From assembly GCA_963612735.1 (NCBI GenBank), contig CAVDWX010000062.1:1-48933 (forward strand): 48,933 bases of DNA. The letters are read 5' to 3'. Below are positions 9,967-19,292 of the stretch, piece after piece. The first letter of the stretch is position 1. Each line of letters begins with the position of its first letter. This DNA is from Gemmiger formicilis (GTDB lineage: Bacteria; Bacillota_I; Bacilli_A; RFN20; CAG-826). The notes below the pieces were generated by a model. The model was not told where the DNA came from. It made no database searches and saw only the letters and a program-made list of their open reading frames with translations. The translations under genes were made by a program, and so were the position numbers.

Positions 9967-11595
9967 TCATTTTCCTAATTTTTCATTTATTTCATTTAGG
10001 ATTCTTTTCCATGATACGTCTTTATCAAATTCTTTTTTATATGCTTCAATTGTGCTTATTTTTCCAAAGGCATATTTTAAGGCGAATGTATTAGCGTCCG
10101 CTAAAATTGATTCGGTCTTTTCATTTTTGGTTTTAGTTGACATCCAGTCTATATCAGCGGGTTCTTTGATAACTCTTAACTTGTCTTCTTGTTTAGCTTT
10201 TTTTATTTCTTCGCTCCAGGCGTTAAGGATGTTATAACTTTCCATATCCGTAAAAGGATCATAAGATTTTGTGTCATTTCCTAAAGTCGCCATATATCTT
10301 AAATATTTTGCGCCATTAATTTTAGGACCGTATTGACCGTCGCTTCCTTTTTCCCAACCAGTTTCACTTAACACAATGTTTCCATCTTGGATAGTGTAGT
10401 CATAGCCTTCTATTCCATATATGGCAAGTCTAGTTCCTTCTTCTGATAATAAATAATCGAGAATATCTAATATTTTGTTTAATTTGGCATCAGAAATATC
10501 ATAATTAAACATAGTCATTGAGAACCAGTTTTCAGTACCTTCTAAAGCATAGTATCCGTTTGGATCTTTTATTTTTAATAATGCGGTTCCATCATTGATA
10601 TCGATAGTTTTTTGATTCTTTTTAAATGACTTTCTTAATGCTATGTAGTTTGCCAATGAATAGTTATCGTATAGTATTGCGGCTTGTCCTCCTAAATAGA
10701 GCTCTTTAGCTTTATTCGCTACAAAGTTAAATTGATCTTGTGAATAATATTTGTTGCTGACAAATTCTTTTGATTTTTCTAATCCAGCGATATATTTATC
10801 ACTTGTAAAAGCATTAATTGCCTTTCCTGTTTCGTCTTTTGCAAAACAGTGCGGTACATCTTTATAGAAATTTGTAATAGAAGGAAATCCCCAAGACTCA
10901 TCTACCATAACGCTAGCTTGTTTGGTACCTGATACGGCTTCGATATTAACTAATAAAGCATTAACTAAACGATTGAATTCATCCCAAGTATAGACATCGC
11001 CTTCTTTGTATAATGGAGTATATCCAGTTTTATTTTCATTCATTTTATCGATGGCTTTAACCCAATCTCTTCGATAAACATATGTAAAATTTGAAAAATC
11101 TTTATCGGTGTTAACAATATCATTCATAATGGGTATTCCATATAGCTTCCCATCTATTTTTAATGCATCTATATTGCTAACCTTACTGAGCATTTTTTCT
11201 AAATTTTGCCATTTTGACATATCATCAGGCAATGGTTTAAGCATTAGATTTTGAACCCATTTTTCATAGGTAGAACCAAAGTTATATGCTTTTAGATTGA
11301 AATGAATGGCATCGGTTAGATTGTTGCCATTAATTGCGGTATTAACCATTTCATCCCATGAAGCATAGTCATAATTGCTAGGAGTGATTTTTACGTTAAA
11401 TTTTTCATTGATAACCTCAGTATAGGTGTCCGCTCCATCCCAAGTATCAAAGTAGACATTCTTAAGGTTTAAGATTAATCGCCCTTCCTTATCATATTTA
11501 TCTTTAACGCCACTAGTATTTTGACATCCGGATAAAGATAATAGACTTAGTAAAGCGGTCATACATCCTACAAATAAGATTTTTTTAGATTTCAT
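9967..11595 (-). CDS. extracellular solute-binding lipoprotein (family 1, LplA-like) of a CUT1 oligosaccharide ABC importer
   Basis: Lipobox LSLSGCQN. Size of about 540 aa is typical of LplA-type binders. GGAGGA RBS. It lies directly downstream of the two permease genes. Confidence 0.85.
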   Translation of the reverse strand: MKSKKILFVGCMTALLSLLSLSGCQNTSGVKDKYDKEGRLILNLKNVYFDTWDGADTYTEVINEKFNVKITPSNYDYASWDEMVNTAINGNNLTDAIHFNLKAYNFGSTYEKWVQNLMLKPLPDDMSKWQNLEKMLSKVSNIDALKIDGKLYGIPIMNDIVNTDKDFSNFTYVYRRDWVKAIDKMNENKTGYTPLYKEGDVYTWDEFNRLVNALLVNIEAVSGTKQASVMVDESWGFPSITNFYKDVPHCFAKDETGKAINAFTSDKYIAGLEKSKEFVSNKYYSQDQFNFVANKAKELYLGGQAAILYDNYSLANYIALRKSFKKNQKTIDINDGTALLKIKDPNGYYALEGTENWFSMTMFNYDISDAKLNKILDILDYLLSEEGTRLAIYGIEGYDYTIQDGNIVLSETGWEKGSDGQYGPKINGAKYLRYMATLGNDTKSYDPFTDMESYNILNAWSEEIKKAKQEDKLRVIKEPADIDWMSTKTKNEKTESILADANTFALKYAFGKISTIEAYKKEFDKDVSWKRILNEINEKLGK

Positions 11596-11614
11596 TTTTA
11601 AATCCTCCTAATAA

Positions 11615-12523
11615 TTAACCTTTGATAGCGCCGACGACGATACCTTTAACAAAAAACCTTTGTAAAAAGGGATAAAAGCACATCATCGGTACGATTGTGA
11701 AAAAGATAGATGCCATAGTTAAACCTTGTGAAAAAGTTTCTTTTGCATCTGGATTTTCAATATTTGATGAGACTTTGGTAATCATTGATCTTAAAACCAT
11801 TTGTAATGGCCATATCTCATGATTATCAGGGATAAATAGCATTGCGTTATACCATGAATTCCAGTTACCCACAGCAAAGAATAAACCAATAGTGGCAAGC
11901 ATTGGCAGTGATAGTGGTAGAAAAATTTTAACGAATATTGTTATATCGTTTGCACCATCTATTTTGGCACTTTCTTCTAATTCAGCCGGCAAGGATGCGA
12001 AGTAATTACGCATTAATAACATGTTAAATGTGTCGATAGCGCCAGGAATAATCATGACCCATATCGTATTCATCATCCCTAAATCTTTAATTAAATAATA
12101 ATAAGGAATCATTCCGCCTCCAAAAAACATGGTGACTAAAATCATATTCATGACAAAGTTTTTTCCTACCCATTTATTCCTTGATAAGGCATAACCAGTT
12201 ATTACAGTAAAGAACAATTGATATAATGTCCCTCCAATAAGAAGTATCATTGTAATACCAAATCCTGACCATAATTCATTATTAGTGAATACTTTTTGAT
12301 ACGAAGTTAAATCTATCTCTGTGGGCCATAATAAAAGATTATTTTTTAAGTAAGATGATTCACTTGAGATTGAAATGACGAAAGCATTCCAAAATGGAAA
12401 AATTATTAAAAAGGCATAAATGACTAAAATAATACAAATTATGACATCCAGCCCTTGTATTTTTGTATCACGAGATGCTCTTTTAGCTCGAAGTGGTAAT
12501 TTTTCTAATTTTGTTTTCTTCAT
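11615..12523 (-). CDS. carbohydrate ABC transporter permease (MalG/LplC-like)
   Basis: Six hydrophobic segments. EAA loop EESAKIDGANDITIFVKIFLPLSLP. Confidence 0.9.
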   Translation of the reverse strand: MKKTKLEKLPLRAKRASRDTKIQGLDVIICIILVIYAFLIIFPFWNAFVISISSESSYLKNNLLLWPTEIDLTSYQKVFTNNELWSGFGITMILLIGGTLYQLFFTVITGYALSRNKWVGKNFVMNMILVTMFFGGGMIPYYYLIKDLGMMNTIWVMIIPGAIDTFNMLLMRNYFASLPAELEESAKIDGANDITIFVKIFLPLSLPMLATIGLFFAVGNWNSWYNAMLFIPDNHEIWPLQMVLRSMITKVSSNIENPDAKETFSQGLTMASIFFTIVPMMCFYPFLQRFFVKGIVVGAIKG

Positions 12524-12524
12524 A

Positions 12525-13466
12525 TTAGATAATTCCTCTTTCTCCGCAGGCTTTCGCTATCCTATCAACAACAATGACAAGAGCAAAACTTATAACCGAT
12601 TTAAATAGGCCAATTGCCGTTCCTATACCGGCGGAATCACTTCCCACAATAGCGTGATAATAGATATAAGTATCGATAATATTGACATCTTCACGAATTA
12701 AAGGGTTACCTAAATTTAAAATTTGATCAAATCCAGCGGAAAGTACACCTCCCACTGACATGATTAATAAAAGTATAGCGGTTGGTTTAATTCCTGGTAG
12801 AGTGATGTGCCAAATTTTTTGTAAACGCGTTGCTCCATCGATATCCGCGGCTTCGTATTGGTCTTGAGGGATACCCGCCATTGTGGCTAGGTAAATTATT
12901 GAACCCCATCCCGCTTCTTTCCAAATGTCGGAAGCAAATATTAATCCAAAAAAGAAACCCTTATCCGCTAAAAAGTTAGTTCTATTGCCACCCATTGCTT
13001 CGACAAGAGCGTTGATGGCGCCATTATATGCGAATAGTGAAAAAACAAATCCCGATACAACTACCCAAGATAGAAAATGAGGGAATGTAACTATGGTTTG
13101 AATCACTTTTTTAGTCTTTCTCATTCTCAATTCGTTGAGCAATAATGCAATTGTTACTGCTCCTAAAAATGAAATAACTATTTTTATTGAGCCGATGATT
13201 AATGTATTTTTGAAAGCTAACCAAAATTTTGGTTCTTCAAAGACCCTAATAAAGTTATCTACGCCATTCCAAGGAGAACCTAAAATTCCTAATTTTGGTC
13301 TAAAGTCTTTAAAGGCCATTAATATGCCATACATTGGAACATAATTAAAGACGATATAGAAAATAACAGCGGGAATAATCATAAAAATAAGATATTTGCT
13401 TTTATTGACTCTTCTTGCCAATTTTCTAAATGGGTTATTACGTCTTGAAATAGTTAGTTGTTCCAT
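12525..13466 (-). CDS. carbohydrate ABC transporter permease (MalF/LplB-like)
   Basis: Polytopic. EAA loop YEAADIDGATRLQKIWHITLPGIKP. 1-nt gap to the next permease gene. Confidence 0.9.
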   Translation of the reverse strand: MEQLTISRRNNPFRKLARRVNKSKYLIFMIIPAVIFYIVFNYVPMYGILMAFKDFRPKLGILGSPWNGVDNFIRVFEEPKFWLAFKNTLIIGSIKIVISFLGAVTIALLLNELRMRKTKKVIQTIVTFPHFLSWVVVSGFVFSLFAYNGAINALVEAMGGNRTNFLADKGFFFGLIFASDIWKEAGWGSIIYLATMAGIPQDQYEAADIDGATRLQKIWHITLPGIKPTAILLLIMSVGGVLSAGFDQILNLGNPLIREDVNIIDTYIYYHAIVGSDSAGIGTAIGLFKSVISFALVIVVDRIAKACGERGII

Positions 13467-13469
13467 GGT

Positions 13470-14453
13470 TTATCTTTCGTATTTGAGAATGTATTCAATA
13501 ACTGTATCAATATCGGTGAATAATAATTCAGTTATAGTATCTGCCCCTCCTGCGTATATGGCTATTCGTCCAGTTTTGGAATCAGTTAAGCAAGATACTG
13601 GAAATAAAACATTTGGTACATATCCTGTTGTTTCATAGTTCATTTCAGGAGCTAATAAGAAATTAGAGCAGCGATGTAAGACTTTACTCGGATCATCTCT
13701 ATCTAGAATTGCCGCTCCAATGGAATAAACAAGTCCTGAACATGTAAGATTGACACCATGAAAGAATATTAGCCATCCTAGATCGCATTCAATAGGATTT
13801 GGTCCAGCACCAATTTTAGTGCCACACCACCATTCATAGCCTCTTTCTAAAACGTGTTTATGATGTCCCCAATATTCTAAATCTTTTGAATATGAGAGAA
13901 AAATATCTCCAAAATGTGTATGCCCTGAATCACTTGGGCGAGAAAGCATTGCATATTCTCCGTTTATTTTCCTTGGGAATAACACTCCATTTCTATTGAA
14001 TGGTAAAAATGGATTATCCACTAATTCGAAATATTCAAAATCATTAGTTTTCCCTATTCCAATAGTGGGACCATGATTTGATGTACAGAAAATAATATAA
14101 TATGTTCCGTCTAATTCCACTAAGCGAGGGTCATAAGCATATTCTAATTTAATTTCTTTTCCATTTTTATCATGAAAAATAATCGGATTAATTTTAAAGT
14201 CAAAATGAATACCATCTTTTGATTGGCCAACAAACAAAAATGGAACTCCACTTTTTGTATCAGCGCGAAATACTCCTATAAATTCCCCTTTATATGCCAT
14301 GACAGCGCTATTGAAGACGCGTGAAGCGTTTGGGAATGGGTTCATTTTAATAATTGGATTATTGGAATATCTCCAAATAGGAGAGTCTAATCCTTCAGGG
14401 CGATTTTCATAAGGCATATTGCCTAATTCGTTTCCATAAATATGATGTTTCAT
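13470..14453 (-). CDS. GH130 subfamily-2-like beta-1,4-mannoside phosphorylase (mannooligosaccharide or Man-GlcNAc type), cytoplasmic
   Basis: No signal peptide. Long stretches match, from memory, characterised GH130_2 phosphorylases: PFNRNGVLFPRKINGEYAMLSRPSDSGHTHFGDIF, YDPRLVELDGTYYIIF, KIGAGPNPIE and GRIAIYAGGADT. Confidence 0.9.
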   Translation of the reverse strand: MKHHIYGNELGNMPYENRPEGLDSPIWRYSNNPIIKMNPFPNASRVFNSAVMAYKGEFIGVFRADTKSGVPFLFVGQSKDGIHFDFKINPIIFHDKNGKEIKLEYAYDPRLVELDGTYYIIFCTSNHGPTIGIGKTNDFEYFELVDNPFLPFNRNGVLFPRKINGEYAMLSRPSDSGHTHFGDIFLSYSKDLEYWGHHKHVLERGYEWWCGTKIGAGPNPIECDLGWLIFFHGVNLTCSGLVYSIGAAILDRDDPSKVLHRCSNFLLAPEMNYETTGYVPNVLFPVSCLTDSKTGRIAIYAGGADTITELLFTDIDTVIEYILKYER

Positions 14454-14462
14454 GTGTAATAC

Positions 14463-15473
14463 CTACTTGTTAATTTCTACATTTGAGTCTCGTTCAATAA
14501 AATCACATCTAATAACAATTTGAGAATATGGGATTTGATGTGATTTGATGGAATTAGCGACATATTTTGCCACTTCTTCGCCAATTTCTTGTCGAGGAAT
14601 ATTAAATGTTGATAGTCGCGGAGTAAGAAAATCTCCAGTTTTTATATTATCAAAGCCTATGATAGATATGTCTTCTGGCACCTTTTTACCTAATCGATTA
14701 ATTGTCTTAATTGCGTTTAAAGCAATAATATCGTTAGCACATACAATTGCAGTAATTGGATTATTATTAATAGCGTTGGTGAGCATTTCTTCATCTGCAT
14801 AATTTTTATTAGTGTTATCAAAAATAATGGAGCATGGTTTATTTATTTCATTTTTATGATTTTCCATGCATGCCATATATCCTTCATGTCTTTCTCTGAA
14901 TGATAAGCTATGTGAATCACTTCCGTAGAAAGCAATATTGGTGTGTCCTTGTTCGATTAGTCTTTGTACCGCTAAATAGATTGAATCATAGTTAGAAAAT
15001 TTAAATTGTGTGGCTTCGGAATGAAATGTTTTTGGATCTACAATAACAATTGGTTTTCCTTTGCCGACTAAGGCATTCATGATAGCCTGAGGAGCAACAT
15101 GGATGATAATAAAAGCACTATATGATGAATCTTTTAATTTTTTTGTTATATCATCATCAATGTTTTGCTCTTCAAAATTGAAATATTTAACAATAAGATT
15201 GTATCTAGATAAGGTCGAAGAGATAGAAATAATTATTGGTTGCCAGAAATCCTCCTTGAATAATATTCGATTAGAACCAATCAAAAGAACACAATTTGAA
15301 TATGCTTTATGCACTTTTAATTTTGAAGTGTCATATCCTAATTCTGTGGCTTTGCGAATGATTTTTTCTCTCATCACATCGGAGACATTATTTTTCCCCG
15401 CTAATGCACGAGAAACTAAACCTTTGGTAACGCCACATTCTAGAGCAATTTGTTCCAATGTTGGTTTCTTCAT
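14463..15473 (-). CDS. LacI-family transcriptional regulator
   Basis: HTH PTLEQIALECGVTKGLVSRALAG..VSDVMREKI followed by a sugar-binding fold. I place the start at ATG 15471..15473 (AAAGGA 7-8 nt upstream) rather than the track start at 15506. Confidence 0.9.
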   Translation of the reverse strand: MKKPTLEQIALECGVTKGLVSRALAGKNNVSDVMREKIIRKATELGYDTSKLKVHKAYSNCVLLIGSNRILFKEDFWQPIIISISSTLSRYNLIVKYFNFEEQNIDDDITKKLKDSSYSAFIIIHVAPQAIMNALVGKGKPIVIVDPKTFHSEATQFKFSNYDSIYLAVQRLIEQGHTNIAFYGSDSHSLSFRERHEGYMACMENHKNEINKPCSIIFDNTNKNYADEEMLTNAINNNPITAIVCANDIIALNAIKTINRLGKKVPEDISIIGFDNIKTGDFLTPRLSTFNIPRQEIGEEVAKYVANSIKSHQIPYSQIVIRCDFIERDSNVEINK

Positions 15474-15509
15474 ATTTTTGTCCTTTATATTATTAGTTAG
15501 AAGCATTTA

Positions 15510-15530
15510 GGAGGGGTTACAAGCCCCTCC
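15510..15530 (-). terminator. GC-rich stem-loop downstream of the 1160-aa lipoprotein gene (weak intrinsic terminator or processing/attenuation site)
   Basis: GGAGGGG-(loop)-CCCCTCC, a 7-bp G/C stem that stands out in AT-rich DNA, 24 nt after the stop at 15555. There is no clear U-tract on the minus strand, so read-through into lacI is likely. Confidence 0.4.
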
Positions 15531-15554
15531 AAAGTGCGCTGTGTATATGCTGTA

Positions 15555-18500
15555 TTAATTGGTAAATGCTACTCCAGAAGAGACAAGGTTTGCAAATGCT
15601 CCGCTTGCACTAGTAACAGTAAATGTTGATTTCATCGTACTGGGATTAACCACATATTTACCAGTCATTGTATTTTCACCAATTGTGATGACCATAATGT
15701 GATTTGTGCCATTATTTACTAATGTATATGTCCCTTCTACATCGGTATACGAAGCAGCAGCACATGTGAGATAAACTTTTCCATTTTCGCCAAATTTAAT
15801 GCTAGCTGACCCTACGCTTGTAGTGCCGCTTAGTGTCATATCTTTTTTAGCATAATAATTAAGAGTAGGATCGTTATCCACTGATGAAGAAACTGGTGAA
15901 TAATAAGCCATATCAGCATAGATATAATCAGCTGTTTTATTAGTATTTAGAATTATTCCAAATCCATAATAAGTTTTACTAGCATCTAATGTTACAGTAT
16001 AAGGCATCCAATTAGTATTTGCTGGAATTGTGAAACTCAATTCTGCTCTATTTGAACCTTGGTTTGATTTATTAACTGTTTGAATTGAATAAACAACAAT
16101 TTTTCCGGAGACAGCATTAGAAGTAGGATTTTTTAAGTAAATCGTGAAAGATTTTAGGCCGGTTTTTCCTTCGTTAGTGCCTTTATACAATCCCCATTGG
16201 AGATATCTCATATTTCCAGCTGTTCCATATTTTAATTTTAAAGAATGATTTCCACTTAATTTGGTATCGCTATCTAATGATAATTGATCACCATTTCCGC
16301 CCATGAGCGACCAACCAGAACCTCCTAATGGAGAACCTGAACTGCCACTGTAATAATCGCAGTAATATGCACCACGAGCACCGCTGATTTTACTCTCATC
16401 GGTTTGACTTTGATAATACATAGTTCCACTTTCAGTATAGGATTCTGCATCCTCCGCTACAAAATATTGATTGAAACTTACACCATTAAGAGCTTGGGCA
16501 ACAAGGTCGCTTCCTTCGATTGACTTGAATGTTAATGAGTTTCTATCACTATTTAATGTAGCGATATATTTAGTAGTGCCGAATGCGATTTCAATTTCAT
16601 CTCCATCAATAGCGTATGTACCTGTTACAGTTTGATTCATCGCAGGAACGGATAATGTTATGCTATCTTCGCCTATTACAGTTAAATTAGCATTTAGTAA
16701 TTCATTGATTTTCCCACTATAGGTTGAACCTGTTGATAAAGTTTCGACGGTATCAGGAGCAACATAGGTAGCGTATGGATTAGCGGTATAAACTTCAACA
16801 TCATCAATGTATAAATAAGAATCAGCTTTATTGTTCTTTTCCATGAAGACGAGGAATCCATAGTATGTTTTTGTAATATCAAGCTCGATTTCAAAATGTG
16901 TCCACTCACTAATCGCTGTTGATTGAGTGAATTCATATGATTTTACATATTGATCCTTAGTGGCATTACGAGGTTTAGTTTGCGAATACATTGATACTTT
17001 GAATTTCGGGACTAGGCCATTTGTTTTAGCCCAGAAGCTTAATTTTGAACCGCGGAAATTATTTTGTTCAGAAGTTCCATCAAATAAGCCCCATTGCATA
17101 TATCTTAAAGCACTGTATTGACCGTTTTTCATACAGAGATAATTCTTTCCAGAGTGGCCTCCATCTGTTTTAAGCTTGAGTTGAGATCCATCTCCTCCTA
17201 ATAAAACCCAGCCATTTCCACCAAAGGTTTCAACATCACTAGTTCCACCAGAATAATATTCAGAATAGTAAGCACCACGAGCACCGCTTCTTTGACTCAT
17301 GTCTTTATTGTTTTGATAATATGCTTTTCCATCTTCTGTATATTGATCATAATTATCAACTATTTGGACAGAATTGAGATTCATATCGTTAACTGCATCT
17401 TTTAATGTTCCAGTTGCAGAAACAAATTTAACGCTTTGTCCACCGTTGACTAGCTTTCCTTTATAAATTAATGAAGTGCCATTGTCAGTGGAGGTAAATG
17501 TCATAACTTTATTGGCATCAATACTATATGATCCTGGGATAGACATTGGAGTTTCCATATCTAAAACAGTTGCAGTCGCGGTATTTTCTGCACCTAATTG
17601 AACTTTTAAGGTGTAGCCGTTATTCAATAATCCAGTATATGTGCCATATTGTCCCATTTGTTCGTTTTGACTTGAGGTTGGATTATCTAATGTGACAAAT
17701 GAGACTGAATCTAAGAATGCGAAATATGGTTGCCCGCCCGCATTATCACTACCTGAAGCATAAAATTCAATAGCGGTTAAGTAATTAACAAGATCGTCTT
17801 CGTGAATTCCAGTCCAAGATGATATTGATTTAATTGATTTACCTGCTTCGCCCCATAAGGCCCAAGAATCATCTGCGAATGAAACAACATATTCAACATA
17901 TTCATCTGATTGAACATTGAGCGTGTAACTGAAATAAGGAGTTTGTTCAGTACCACCGATTGTTGCTTTAGCGTGTAATAAAACTTTAACGCTATTTAAA
18001 CTAGGAATTTGCAATCTAAATTTAATAGCGTTTGCCGATTTATTAAATTCATTTATTGTCAAATCTTTTCTAAATTTGTAACCTGTGCCATTAGTCCATG
18101 CATCAAATCTCAAGGCTTTATTTCCTTCTACTGATTTACTTCCTAATGAAACACTGGCTTTTGTTTCTTCATCCCATTTATTAGTTGTGCTGTTGTAATA
18201 TAAGGCTTTCCAACCAGCGTCAATCATGTCACTGCTACTTTCATAGGATTCGAAATCATCAACGATTTGTTTTTCTGCGTAGGCCGCAAATAAAGCAGTG
18301 AATGTTGTATCTTCAGTAATTTTTGTTGCTAAATCTTTATCCCAGCCTTTAAAGCGGTATTTAATAGCACTATCGTCCCCCTCTTTTGTGGGGATTTCAC
18401 CGGTGTATGTTGCTGTATTTCCTTCTTCCACTTTTTCAGATAAGACTTCATTACCATCAACAACAAATTTTACTTCGTATTTCTTAGGCAATTTATCAGT

Positions 18501-19037
18501 TTCGTTATCCTTGTATGAATAAGGACAAGTTTTACAAGCGTGCAACGTATAACCTTTTGCATCCTCTGTTGGAACAATGACAGTTTCGGTTAGTTCGTGT
18601 TCACCTTTTTCAATTAATAAATTTTCGTATCCTTCATCAGTACAAGCGTGCCAGTGATAAGTTTTATCGTATGTCCATTCTTCAGAATAATTATGTTTTA
18701 ATTTTTCTGTTTTCTCATCTATATAAGAGTAGTCACAAATACTACATTTATTAATGGTGTATCCTTCAGTTTCAAAGGTTGGATTGACTACTTCTTTTAC
18801 AAATGTATGGTTGGCCTTTCCATCAACTACATCATGGCCACAAGTTGAGGCATGCCAGTGGCTTGTTTCATCATATGACCAGGTTGCTGCAAATGTGTGC
18901 TCATGAGAAGAGACTACTGAGCTATCACTCGATGATGTTATCTTGTCGCTAGAAGAAGTAGTGGTGTGACACGCACTTAAAAGAACTCCAGTGGCAAGAA
19001 AAATTGAGAATAAAGTGAATTTTGTCTTATTCTTCAT
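15555..19037 (-). CDS. 1160-aa surface lipoprotein with two Cys/His-rich repeats, a Listeria-Bacteroides repeat and three CBM-like modules
   Basis: Start moved to ATG 19035..19037 (MKNKTKF; GGAAGGA RBS). The track start at 19097 is a GTG. Lipobox LLSACH followed by a Ser-rich linker. Flg_new repeat YRFKGWDKDLATKITEDTTFTALF. Module openings are QIVDDFESY, QIVDNYDQY and FVAEDAESY. Confidence 0.8.
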   Translation of the reverse strand: MKNKTKFTLFSIFLATGVLLSACHTTTSSSDKITSSSDSSVVSSHEHTFAATWSYDETSHWHASTCGHDVVDGKANHTFVKEVVNPTFETEGYTINKCSICDYSYIDEKTEKLKHNYSEEWTYDKTYHWHACTDEGYENLLIEKGEHELTETVIVPTEDAKGYTLHACKTCPYSYKDNETDKLPKKYEVKFVVDGNEVLSEKVEEGNTATYTGEIPTKEGDDSAIKYRFKGWDKDLATKITEDTTFTALFAAYAEKQIVDDFESYESSSDMIDAGWKALYYNSTTNKWDEETKASVSLGSKSVEGNKALRFDAWTNGTGYKFRKDLTINEFNKSANAIKFRLQIPSLNSVKVLLHAKATIGGTEQTPYFSYTLNVQSDEYVEYVVSFADDSWALWGEAGKSIKSISSWTGIHEDDLVNYLTAIEFYASGSDNAGGQPYFAFLDSVSFVTLDNPTSSQNEQMGQYGTYTGLLNNGYTLKVQLGAENTATATVLDMETPMSIPGSYSIDANKVMTFTSTDNGTSLIYKGKLVNGGQSVKFVSATGTLKDAVNDMNLNSVQIVDNYDQYTEDGKAYYQNNKDMSQRSGARGAYYSEYYSGGTSDVETFGGNGWVLLGGDGSQLKLKTDGGHSGKNYLCMKNGQYSALRYMQWGLFDGTSEQNNFRGSKLSFWAKTNGLVPKFKVSMYSQTKPRNATKDQYVKSYEFTQSTAISEWTHFEIELDITKTYYGFLVFMEKNNKADSYLYIDDVEVYTANPYATYVAPDTVETLSTGSTYSGKINELLNANLTVIGEDSITLSVPAMNQTVTGTYAIDGDEIEIAFGTTKYIATLNSDRNSLTFKSIEGSDLVAQALNGVSFNQYFVAEDAESYTESGTMYYQSQTDESKISGARGAYYCDYYSGSSGSPLGGSGWSLMGGNGDQLSLDSDTKLSGNHSLKLKYGTAGNMRYLQWGLYKGTNEGKTGLKSFTIYLKNPTSNAVSGKIVVYSIQTVNKSNQGSNRAELSFTIPANTNWMPYTVTLDASKTYYGFGIILNTNKTADYIYADMAYYSPVSSSVDNDPTLNYYAKKDMTLSGTTSVGSASIKFGENGKVYLTCAAASYTDVEGTYTLVNNGTNHIMVITIGENTMTGKYVVNPSTMKSTFTVTSASGAFANLVSSGVAFTN

Positions 19038-19292
19038 AAGATTTTCCTTCCTTGCATTAAGCAATATGTGTTTGAGTTTGCACTCGTTTACAATCACATT
19101 GTAGTGGACATTTTGCTTATGCTTAAGAATAAGTAGATAAACTTTATGTTGTTTTTCGTAAACATTTTACAAAGTTTACTTAAATAGCGGAATAGTTAAA
19201 ATTTATTCGATGATAAAATAACTAAATAGATGTCAAATAACATACAAATTTATATAAATTTATAATTAATAAAAATATGAGTCGGTAAACTT

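Noticed and set aside
9703-10237. Plus-strand ORFs 9703..9945 and 10052..10237
   Set aside because: They are antisense inside the GH5-like and solute-binding protein genes, with no independent support.
12420-13638. Plus-strand ORFs 12420..12608, 13135..13344 and 13396..13638
   Set aside because: They are antisense to the permease and GH130 genes, whose identities are secure.
15474-15506. N-terminal extension of the LacI ORF (MLLTNNIKDKN)
   Set aside because: The downstream ATG at 15473 has a proper AAAGGA RBS and starts right at the HTH. The extension has no SD sequence and begins 4 nt from the upstream stem-loop.
14545-15510. Plus-strand ORFs 14545..14802 and 15103..15510
   Set aside because: They are antisense within the LacI regulator gene.
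16694-16936. 80-aa same-strand ORF inside the giant lipoprotein gene, and the plus-strand ORF 18298..18522
   Set aside because: They are alternative-frame or antisense ORFs nested in a 3.5-kb gene with clear domain structure.
19038-19097. GTG-initiated 20-codon extension of the giant lipoprotein ORF
   Set aside because: The internal ATG at 19037 has a GGAAGGA RBS and yields a canonical signal peptide and lipobox. The extension would bury the signal peptide.
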